From contig ADNK01001475.1 of NCBI GenBank assembly GCA_000320545.1, positions 1 to 64,000 of the forward strand: DNA of 64,000 nucleotides, read 5' to 3'. Below are positions 53,259-64,000 of this stretch, piece by piece. How positions within the stretch are numbered: position 1 is the first letter of the stretch; each line of letters starts with the position of its first letter. The notes under the pieces are model-generated. The model saw only the letters and a list, made by a program, of their open reading frames with translations, was not told the DNA's origin and did no database searches. Made by a program: the position numbers and the translations under genes. The stretch comes from Bigelowiella natans CCMP2755 (Eukaryota > Protista > Cercozoa).

Positions 53259-55328
53259 AGCGTTAATAGTTCATAGTTTTTCAGATGATGATTAAGATCT
53301 TCTCTTCCCTCCCTCTCTATCCTTCTCTCTACCTTTATCTTTATCTATTCTTATTCTAAGAGTAGTATACACTGTCATTATCATCCTCATCATCATTATC
53401 ATCATCATCATCATCATCATCATTCGTAATCACCATTATTTCTTACCCTTATCAATTGATGTGTAAAAATGTACACGAGTACAGCAGAATGTGACGAGAA
53501 CGATTTTGGTTGCTCTAAGTTTATTATTAATAGTATCAATTTGTTTGTGGGATAACACGTCTTTGCATGTAGAAAAGCAAAGTCGGCCGATTGAAAATTT
53601 ATCAGGAGGGGAGAGGTCACGTGTAGCGTTTGCTCACGTCACATTCCAAAGACCGCATATTTTGGTATTATCTATGAAAATCTATATCATTTATTGTGGA
53701 TATGCAACGAATTTATTCAATTATTTCAAAGCAATATCATATCATACAAACATGTAACTTATCAACACATACACCTACTTCAGTACTGATTGCTTGGCCA
53801 TCATCATGCCATCTCAATATTCAGATCTTGGATGAGCCTACAAATCACTTAGACATCGATACGGTTTGACACAGATTCTTGGATGTTAAATGTAGAAATT
53901 ATGGGTGTACTACTTGTAATCGTATTGAATAGACTTTACAGAAAGATAGCACCAAAGATTAGACCCATTTTGACCGATTTAATAGAAAAATACTTCTCCT
54001 TGAAGTATTAATATTCAACTTTCTAATATATGATTCTTCAAATTCATGCATTAAATAGCAAGGATTGTGAAATAATGACTAATTCGGCAATTTATGATTT
54101 GATTCTTACCAAAGATCGAGGCATTTACTCAAGGTATGTTGCTTTCATCGTTCATACATTATATGCACATATATAGTATATCCTTTGAAATTTTGCTCTA
54201 TTTTGTTTTTGAAATGCAAATTACATCAGGATTAGAAAACTGGGAAGGATCAATAATCGTCGTTTCTCACAATCAAAATTTTGCGAAAAGAATTGCATCC
54301 GAGTTTCTAGCATTAAAGGCCGGAGAGAGGTAACACAGTGTAGAATAAAGAAGAGGACGAGGAGAGGATAAGATATCTAAATCTAGCTACCCTTTGAACA
54401 TGATGGTGAAAGGAAGGCACCTAAACAGCAGTTAGTTATTCATGTTTGACCGAATATCTAATCCTAGGATAATATATTCATATATATATTTATAATATAT
54501 GATATAGAGAAGCTGTTTTTTCAGATTGTAAAATACGAAATATTATTAACCTAGAGTATTTGCATTGCTTATAAGTTGTTTCATGTGCTTCAAACATACA
54601 GCCCAAAATATTTCACAAGTCTGGCGAAAGCAAAGCGTCATGCGTAATAAATAGATACATTTAAATATTTTATAAAAAATGGATACCAAATTCAATGCTC
54701 TAACAGAATTCCTATCTACATATTGTATCATATGTATGGGGTATGACAATAATTATGTGAAAAATTGTGTTTTTGACATGTTAGACTCTCTGGATCTGCA
54801 ATAGCATTTCAACCTAGTCCTAAAAACAAGAGTAAGTCAACAATGTTTTTACTGGATTCTACAATTTGTTATTCTTATCACTAATGCCCATATTCATTTT
54901 ATTCAGATGAATTGATGATAAAGACTGAAAAAGTAGTCCAGAAAAAACAGACGGAGCAGCAGCCCGATAAACTTGACGAAAATCAAATGGCATTGCAACA
55001 TGAGAATACCAATCAATTTACAACTGGGCAGCTTGTGAAGGTAAAAGGTTTAAGAGGTGAGAAATATTCGAGAAAAGCGGTCGGGCTGACAGAAGCAGAA
55101 GCAGAAGCAAAGAGTTTGAACGGACAGATAGGTAAAATAATACGATTTGATCCGAATCTAGGGAGATATCTGGTACGTGTTGCCGTTGCTCAATTTGATG
55201 AACATTCAAAGCTTAGGAGCAAGTTTTGGAAGCCTAAATTTGTAGAGCGTATGCTTGCACTCAAGCAAGCTAATTTGTACGCTGTTATTAGGAAAAAAAA
55301 GAAAAAAAAAGAAAAAAATGAAAATTAG
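37664..55328 (+). CDS. ABC-F family ATPase with N-terminal tandem UBA domains and helical region and a C-terminal SH3/KOW-like domain; ~40+ exons; start uncertain (37664, 38164 or earlier)
   Basis: NBD1 YGLVARNGMGKTTL, LSGGWLMRVSLA, LLLLDEPTNHLD, VLVSHD; NBD2 ILGANG|VGKTT, YFAQH, LSGGERSRVAFA, ILDEPTNHLD, IVVSHN; no ABC membrane domain. UBA motifs LVSMGF..ALE..NNLQPAINL and LRAMGF..ALK..GNFELAVNKL are joined by phase-compatible GT-AG exons. Confidence 0.88.
40826..41058. repeat. Intronic ~70-80-bp tandem repeat x3 containing a (CTA)n tract
   Basis: tttttcttcctcaacatcacctacaatt(act)n aatttgatttatcatc repeated. Confidence 0.8.
46303..46426. repeat. Intronic 42-bp tandem repeat x3
   Basis: ttatagtacaacttgtcRtcatcatttgtcctcagataatat x3. 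Confidence 0.85.
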
Positions 55329-55399
55329 AACCAAAATTGAAGTGATCAAACAGACGACGCTATGTAACCAAAACAGTATGCAGCATTTTAAACTGTTTG

Positions 55400-55970
55400 C
55401 ACTTAGTGCTGTTTGTGTGGCTTCGTCAAATTGATGATGAGACGTTCATGCCATACTAGCATAGCGTGATCAGCCACTCTCTTGAATGAATGACACCGTA
55501 CACGGTACGTCATCTAGATGATGAAGCCAGAATTAACGTTTTGCTTCTGATAATGGCTGGCCAGCTAGCTAGCACCGCAAATGATGTCCCATCATCAGTC
55601 ATAGGCACTCAAGCAACCGAATGAGCATGTGCACGAGGACTAGGGGAGTCAAAGTAGGCATCGAAACCATGACCATGCTAGCATGCTAGCACAAGTTGCA
55701 AGATTTTGCAATGCACACATGCATATGTAGCGAGCAAACAAGTGCTATGCATGTGTTATTTACTATGCAAAACATGTCTGCATGGATGTGGAGTCAACAG
55801 CAGCAGCTAGCAGGTTACGCCGGTTTGTTGACTCCATTCTTTGACCAATAAGCAATAAAACCCAGAGCGTGCCTCCACGCATCCTAGCTAGCTGTTGCAT
55901 GTAGCGCTCAGTTTAACAAAGCTTCATTGACGATTCTGCTACGACATGCAAGTCTTGGTAGAAATGTGTG
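55400..55970. other. TpA-depleted intergenic island (partial conversion)
   Basis: catg/tgca-rich with many retained CTAG; lies between the convergent ABCF and Tudor-gene stops. Confidence 0.6.
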
Positions 55971-56077
55971 CTTAATTAATACTTCGGAAACACATATGAT
56001 ATCGGTACTTGTTTCACTAAATTGCAGGATCAAGAGCAATATTGAAGACTGAACAAACAACATATTTGCTGCTAGTG

Positions 56078-56544
56078 CTAGCCTTGTTGAATCTGTGTGA
56101 CTTCTCGAGTTTCAACCACATTTTCGTGCTCGTAATAGCGAACCTCGTACCTACAAACAACGATTATTGCAAAGCATTATGTTGTAAGCAACAACTCAAT
56201 ACATATACTCATTAAAGAAGAAGATAAACAGACAACACAAAAACAATTCGATAGCGATCATTGAATGAGCACACCAGTCATCATCATCATCATGATAATC
56301 ATCATCATCATCTGCAAGAAGAAGCACCTTACTCCAGGTACAATAATTTTATGGATAATAGCTGGATACCAATTATTGTCCGCAGACCATTTGGCTATCA
56401 CATGCTGATTCATCTGATGATTCATGGACGATGGAGGACACAATTACAATAAATTAAAACAAAATATAAGGTGATAAATCTCATCACAAATCATTGGAAT
56501 ATGTATGCAAGGATTTAGTTGATGACTACCTACATAGTAGTACA

Positions 56545-56580
<36 letters not shown>

Positions 56581-57569
56581 ATTCGAGAACAGTAAAATAA
56601 TGTAATCTAAAAGAGTACAAGACATACTCATGTATTATCGTTCATGTCAGTGACTACTTGGTTCTTAAAGTAGTATCACCTCTCGTACTACAAAATGATG
56701 TATGTATGTTATTATTACTGCTACTTAGTATATTATCTGTGAGTGTACACGAATATCAACCATGTATTATTATTACACAATTTAGAATCGAAGTGTTGTT
56801 GTACACGAATATAGCGATGACCATGTATTGCACTCTTTTCCTTTGTAGTGATGATGATGATAATGATGACTGCTGCTGATCTTTGCGATATCGTTGATAC
56901 TTGCTGTTGTTACTGCTTCTGTTATAGGAGGGGGGGGGGGGGATGATAGTGCTGCTGCTGCTGGTGAAGGTCTGCATTCTTCGTCGTTTGAAAGTAGAAG
57001 AGTGAGGAGGATGATCCAACGCTTGTAGTATATCATCATCATCGTGACCGTAATCATTGTAATCTGCATTCTCTTTTTTGTCGTCGTTGTCATTGTCGTC
57101 TACACCAATGCCATCAAGAACATCATCGAGGACCGAGGAAGATGAATAATCTGCTTTCTACGTACGTCAGCGACAGCACCAGCAAACATAAGAAAATAAT
57201 ATAAGGTGAAAAAGGCATAGCAGCAGCATCATTAGAAACTGCATCATCAATGAATCAATGAATCAATGAAAAGACGAATACCAACCACAATAAAGGTAAA
57301 GAAGAAGAAGAAAGCACATAAGATCTCATCAATTAAATGAAGCACACTATATTAATATTGAATAGTGATCATGCTGAGGGTTCAATCTTCCTCGTATTTC
57401 TCGTTGTTGTTGGTGTTGTTGGTTTTATAAGTGATAGATGATAGTACCACCACCACCATCACCACTGCAACTACTACTCCTACTACTACTTCCCGCAGTG
57501 GTAGTGATAGTAGTAGTAGTAGTAGTAGTAGTAATGGTGGTGCTGGTGGTTGTAAGTGGTAGTATCAAT

Positions 57570-57601
<32 letters not shown>

Positions 57602-57655
57602 ACTGACACTAGAATAGTAGTAGTAGTACCGTTGTTCTTTTTCTCTTGTTAAAGA

Positions 57656-57691
<36 letters not shown>

Positions 57692-59778
57692 TTATTCTCT
57701 TTGGCTGTTGCTGCTGCTGTTGTTGATGTTGGCCTCCTCCTCCTCCTCTTCCAACAACAACCTGCTCTTGCTGCTGCTGCTTAGTATTAATCACTACTAT
57801 TTTTGAATTGCTTTCTTCTTCTTCTCCTCCTTCGCCATCTTTGTGTTTCTTGAACCTGATGAATGGATGAATGGATGACTGGATGAATGGATGAATGAAT
57901 CAATGTATCGATAGATATCTAAACATATTTATTACCCTTTCTCCTCCCCCTCCTCCTCCTCCTTCTCCTTCTCCTCCTTATTTGGTGATGCTGCTGGTAC
58001 TGCTGCTGCATTGGTTTTCTTTGTCGTCACAGTAGTAGTAGTCGTTGTCTCCTGCTTCTTCTTCATCATCATCGTCATCATGGCCTTCTTCTTTTTCTTT
58101 CTCTCCTTTTCTTCCTTCTGCATTCGTTTCAGATGTTTCCTATAATAAAAATGGATGGATAAATAAAAAAGGGATAGATGATCAAACAAGAAAACAATAG
58201 CAAGGAAGGAAGAAAGGAAGGGGGAATGATGGGTGAAAATGACAACAACAAATAACAATGGAGCAGCAGGAGCTGCTTCTTTCTACTTTGCATGATTACT
58301 ATTAATATTATTATTATTATCATTATTATTATTATTATTAATGTTATCATTATGATTATTTATAAGAACGCACAAGAGAATTAATCAATCCCCCATAAGA
58401 TGAGAATTCAATCAATTCTCACACGCAAATAGGAACGGACTACTATTTAGCTATACATTACATATATTTATATATTAAACAGCACAACAGAATCTATCTA
58501 CATATGATCGTGAAGTAGTGTACATACATACATACATACATACATACATACAGAAGAACAACTAGTAGTGCTAGTACGTTACTACCCTACTAGCAGCAGC
58601 AGTGTAGTAGTGGCATTGATGGTGGTAGTTGTTGTGGTCATTGTGGTGTTGGGTGATGATTATGATGATGATTGATGATGGTGGTGATGATGATGATGAT
58701 GATGGCACGTGGATCTCAGCTCATCATAGATTTTGTAATAAAAATAATAATAATAATAACAATAATGATAATAAAAGGCATATTATTACACGATGGAGTT
58801 GTTTATAACTTTTCTGTGCTCAACCAGAGCCCCTTTGCCCATCTAAGGAACAACAAACCAGAATAAGAGATTATGATGATGATGATGATGATGATGATGA
58901 CAATGATGATGAAAATCATGTTGATGCAGATCATAAAGAAGTAAGAACAACAGCATCTAAATAACACATACATCGAGAAGAAGCAGCAGCAGCAGCAGCG
59001 GCGGCATCAAAAAGTGTAACTGTATACTAGCTGCTGCACAACTTGACAAAGTGGCAGTATTATCATCATCAATATTAGTTTTAATAGAGGCAGTAGTTGG
59101 AGGTATATTAATTCATCATTTCTACTTTTGGTACTAGTTGGATGCTTATTAATAATCATCATTTATTTTGTATGATATAATTGCTTCTTCTTATACTGCT
59201 AATGCCATAATAATGCGAAATAATTAGTATATCACACAACCTGTAACTTCTCTTCCATCAGTACCCTATTATCATCATCACCATATCAACAACACCAACA
59301 ACAACAACACGTAATATCATCATCATCATCATTATTATTATTATTATGAATTCTCTCATTTCTTACTGCGTGAGCAAAGCTAGTGAGAGTATCATCATCA
59401 TCATCATCATCAGTATCTTCTTCTTCTTTTGTATGGGATACACACATAAATAATAGTGAGACAACCTTATCTTTTGTCTAGAAAGCTCTTTCGCAGCTAA
59501 AGCCGCCTTGTTGTCATTCATTATTTGCTGACACTAAAATTAAGAAAAAGAGAGAAAAGGATGGTTGTAAGTTGTAAGTTCTTTCTATATGATGAAATGA
59601 TGATGATGATGATGATGAACAACAACAAAAAGAAAAGGAAATTCATTGATACAAATATCGGATGATGATACTAAAAACATCATGCATGCATGCATGTATA
59701 TCATCATCATCATCATCATCACCATCATCATCAACCACCGCCATCTACTTCAGCAGAAAAAAGGTGAGATCAATCTTG

Positions 59779-59813
<35 letters not shown>

Positions 59814-60056
59814 TGATTACTCATAAATCAAGGATATTAAACATGATCATCATCATCATCATCATAATCATTATCAGTAACAGCAAACAACAATAATAAA
59901 GATAAAAATGACAATAATACTCATACTGCATTTACGTACATGACGAGAAATGGTTGTAATAAACTAACAACATAAAACAGCTTCCCTCCATCATCCGTAA
60001 CAACTGCTACTGCTACTGCTACTGCTACTACTACCGGAATTAAATGCAAAAATCGT

Positions 60057-60091
<35 letters not shown>

Positions 60092-60434
60092 CTCCTACCA
60101 AAACATCTAACAATTGAGAAGATATTCCGTTGCTTTCCATACGACGAATGAGCTTCTTATAAAGCTCCTACACAAGTAGCAGTAGAAGTATTCATAAGTA
60201 TGATGATGACCACCATTCATTCTATCTCATGTCTGTCATGCAGTAGTAGTAGTACACAAACAATCAACTATAAAAGGACATTCACATAGTAGTAGTAGCT
60301 TAACAACCGAATTCTTTATTTGGATGACGACGCCGAAATTGGCATTACAATCATCATCATCATTATCATCGTCATCATCATCAGCATATTATTATAACTA
60401 CTATTATAATTTATTATTATCATTTTCCAATAAT

Positions 60435-60476
<42 letters not shown>

Positions 60477-60513
60477 AGATAATAGCACGGGTACAACAAG
60501 GAGGTTTGTTACT

Positions 60514-60547
<34 letters not shown>

Positions 60548-61383
60548 CTGACTATCCGTTTTATCAGAAATAAAGCGCTCTGCTGTTAGTCTCTGCAAGA
60601 ATAATAATATTACTAATAATAATTATGATGATGATGATGAGAAGTTACTAGTAAGTCACATCATCACCTATTTATATTATAATTATCATGATGATCAATC
60701 ATTATAAACATTATGAATCACATCATATGAACAGCACCACCTTTCGTTCCTTCTGGATCTCTTCACTTGCCATTTCTGAGGTACTCATATTAACCTAGTA
60801 ATGGTTGTAGTTTTTGTATTTCATCATCATCGTCATCGTCACCATCATCATCATTATTATTATTATACACAGTACTATATAGCACTAGTTGGTCTCTATA
60901 ATAATAAGCTCATACTACTACTTCGTAGTACATATTTGACTTTATTATTATTATTTGAAGTCCAATACCCACCAATTGGTTTGGTTTGACTTTACCACTA
61001 AGAACCCTCAATCTCAATTTCTGAACAAGAAGAAACGACACAACGACTATAAGTTTAGGAAGAAGAAGAAGAAAAAGAAGAAAAAGAAGAGAAGGAGAAG
61101 GAGGAGGAGGAGGAGGAGGAGGAGGAGGAAGGATTGGATATGGCATTTATAACTGCTTTGATGACGTTTTGCTCTGGGTAAAGACATAATCATCATCATC
61201 ATCATTATAATTTGAAACAAACTCCTCCGCCCCCCCCCCTTTTGGTTGTTTATAATCATTTTTGTTACTATACAACTCATCATTCTGAGGATTCTGAATT
61301 GAGGGCTAATACGACGATGGATATCGTCATTTATAATTATGATGATAATCATAATGATGATTCACTATGATGATGTTGTTCTC

Positions 61384-61417
<34 letters not shown>

Positions 61418-61724
61418 CTATGAATCCTTATCATTATCATCATCATACTGGATTTGCTCGTAGATTGCCAATGAGTTGACGGGCTGTTGTTATAAATCAT
61501 AACACTGAGATGTGTATTATCGTCATTATCTGTAGATAAGTTGTTATAAATTACAACGCCAAGATAGATGTGTATCATCATCATTATCGGTAGATAATAG
61601 GTATTAATCTTTAACCAGTGCTGCTGCTACAACAAAACAATCATCATCATAGCTACATTAGTCCAATATTCACAAGCATGCGTTACTATAGCAAAAATAA
61701 CTACTACTACTACTACTACTGCTG

Positions 61725-61755
<31 letters not shown>

Positions 61756-62182
61756 CTTGAGACACATACTGTTTCGAGTCATCACCATCATTTTTAGATA
61801 CTACAATTTATCAAGAAGAGAGAATCAAGCAACAGAGTTAAACAATTCAGAACGTACTACCGATAATGATGATGATAATGATGACGACGATGATGGTGGT
61901 AATGATGATTATAATAATCTGAACAGCTAATTGAAATGTATTATCGTCCACGATTGTACACTGCAGCAGAAGCATTATAAAGAAACAACACTAGTAATAT
62001 TTGCTTGTGATCATCAATCACTACTGCTGCCACTGCTGCAGTGAGGGCTGCTGTTTGTTGTTGTTGTTGTTCTTCTTTTGTAGTACCGTGATGTTTCAGA
62101 TATAACTCCTTCTCCACTTGGTTTAAAATTGCCTGGTAGACAAGAATGGTGATGATGGTGATGATGGTGGTGATGATAATGA

Positions 62183-62213
<31 letters not shown>

Positions 62214-62737
62214 GTGATGATAATGCTGATGATAGGGATGTGTAAAGCTTTGAGGAGAAGGAGGAGGAGGAAGAGAAATAGAGGAAGAACGGAAAACAGA
62301 CAGTACTCTTCCATCTTTTACAAGTAAACAAGAAGAACAGTATAATAACAAACAATAGTAGTTACATGTAATGATTGTAGTCAGTCATTTTACAGATGTA
62401 ATGTAGCGTTATTCAAAAGTTTGTTGTTACTACTTGGGAGGAGGAGGAGCTAAAATATAAAGAATTTGCTGCTGCTGCTAGTGGTGGTGGTTTTATGCGT
62501 GTTATTCTTTTCTTTTGAGTTGTTAGCACATAATAATGCATACATAATACCCCGATTTTCACAGATTCAAATCTATTGAATTCTTTCTTCAGTAAGTTAC
62601 CGATCTAATGATGATGATTTGATGATGATTGATATTACATCTGTCTATGAAAGGAAAGAATAAGATACTGCCCAGCATCGTCATGGCAGTAATTTGTAGG
62701 AGGAGATTGTTGTTGTGATAATAAAAAATAATAATGA

Positions 62738-62768
<31 letters not shown>

Positions 62769-63486
62769 AGGAGAAGGACGAGGAGGATGAACTAACAAAT
62801 AGGTGCTCCTACTTCTACTACTACTACTACTACTACTACTAATAATAATAATAAAACAGCTAGGCACATAAAACATATCATGGTGAGTAATTGCAAACTA
62901 CTAGAATTACCGCAGCTCTCCTTTCCTTCCACAAGATTATTGGATCTTGTCTTTTCTTTGTATTCTGCAGTGATGACGCCTCTACCTTCTGGTGGGTGAT
63001 AGGACAGATGATAGTCATCACCATGATCATCATCATCATCGTAGCAGTGTCATTAATTCCCCCTCCGTGTACTATTAAATCCAAAAGAACGTGTCGTGGT
63101 CTGTTGTTGTTTGTTTGGTTGTTGTTGTTGGCTCCTATGACTGGTGTCGATGCTGCTTGTGCTTGAAGAATCATCAATCTAATCTAATCTGTTACCACAA
63201 CCACCATCACCTACTACTACCTTTTTCTTCATCTTTTTCCTTCGATTTCTCCGCCTATCACCCTCCGTGGTTTTGTTGTTGGCTCTAATAACAATGATAA
63301 TTAAATAATGATTAATAATAATAATCATGATGATGATGTAATAATATAATAATGATAAAATAATAATAATAATAATAATAATACTGCCGCTGCTTAAATC
63401 AACCACGTAAATTTGAACAACCACTACACGACGACGAAATTACTGCAACACAGTCGCAATGGTGGTGAAAAAGTAATTGAGATAAA

Positions 63487-63529
<43 letters not shown>

Positions 63530-64000
63530 ATTCTCCATGATCTTTTTTCTCTTCTTCTTGATATATATTTGGAAAAGCTACCTATCTGTTCTTCCATTGA
63601 ATCCATAACGTCGTCCTTGTCGTGATGATGATGTATATTCCTCCTCAAGATCTTCTTCTTCTTCTTCTTCTTCTTCTTCTTCTTCACCGTCGTCAGACCC
63701 ACTGCTACTACTACTATTTCCAAAATCCTTGATACAAATGGTGGTGTGCAAGAAGAAGAAGAATAAGAATAATACCTACCATCACCTAACCCTAATATGT
63801 TCCATATCTCTACCAACCACTGTCTGCTGCTTTTGATTGTTCGTAGTAGTAATAATAGTACCTGAGATGCGCTACTACTGCTGTCATTGTTTCCTTCGTC
63901 ATCATCCGAGTCATCAGAGATGATCAATCCTTTCAACACAGCCATATTAAAGAATAAGAATCATCACCGTTTTTCTCAACAACAAGTTATCAATTTGTAG
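56078..64000 (-). CDS. Protein with a TFIIS central (TFIIS_M) domain and a C-terminal Tudor domain; multi-exon, 5' part outside the window
   Basis: Exons AILNQVEKELYLKHH | SIQNPQND | KLRLRVLSGKVKPNQL | VNMSTSEMASEEIQKERK; C-terminus VIAKWSADNNWYPAIIHKIIVPGVR|YEVRYYEHENVVETREVTQIQQG* (stop 56078-56080). Confidence 0.72.

Noticed and set aside
5929-55328. Non-standard genetic code or non-canonical introns
   Set aside because: The conserved domains could be assembled with GT-AG introns and the standard code, and TAA, TAG and TGA are all used as stops.
39334-63945. Numerous poly-T/V/Y/I/H/M ORFs in the ORF track
   Set aside because: Translations of intronic (TAC)n, (CAT)n and (TA)n microsatellites.

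Overview
Eukaryotic nuclear DNA from an AT-rich, very intron-rich genome. Introns are GT-AG and loaded with (TAC)n, (CAT)n, (TA)n and (CA)n microsatellites, and the standard code is used. A protist such as a chlorarachniophyte is my guess and cannot be shown from this window. Hand-spliced genes: a USP/C19 deubiquitinase (-), a catalytically dead dual-specificity phosphatase (+), a MAPEG-like membrane protein (-), topoisomerase III-alpha with an N-terminal GRF zinc finger (+), an intronless PLAC8-like gene (-), alanine/serine-glyoxylate aminotransferase (-), a large 2xUBA-ABCF-SH3-like fusion (+), and a TFIIS-central-domain/Tudor protein (-, runs off the window). The most striking signal is not a gene. 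Five bounded islands (about 1-5800, 12330-12960, 29330-29900, 32100-34300, 55400-55970) have lost most or, over long stretches, all TpA dinucleotides, apparently converted to TpG or CpA, while CpG largely survives. Telomere-like hexamers, microsatellites and paired repeat copies record the direction TA->TG/CA. This looks like a region-targeted A:T->G:C hypermutation process, the mirror image of fungal RIP, acting on pseudogene, repeat and convergent 3'-intergenic DNA. All exon structures are manual readings, and several 5' ends are uncertain.
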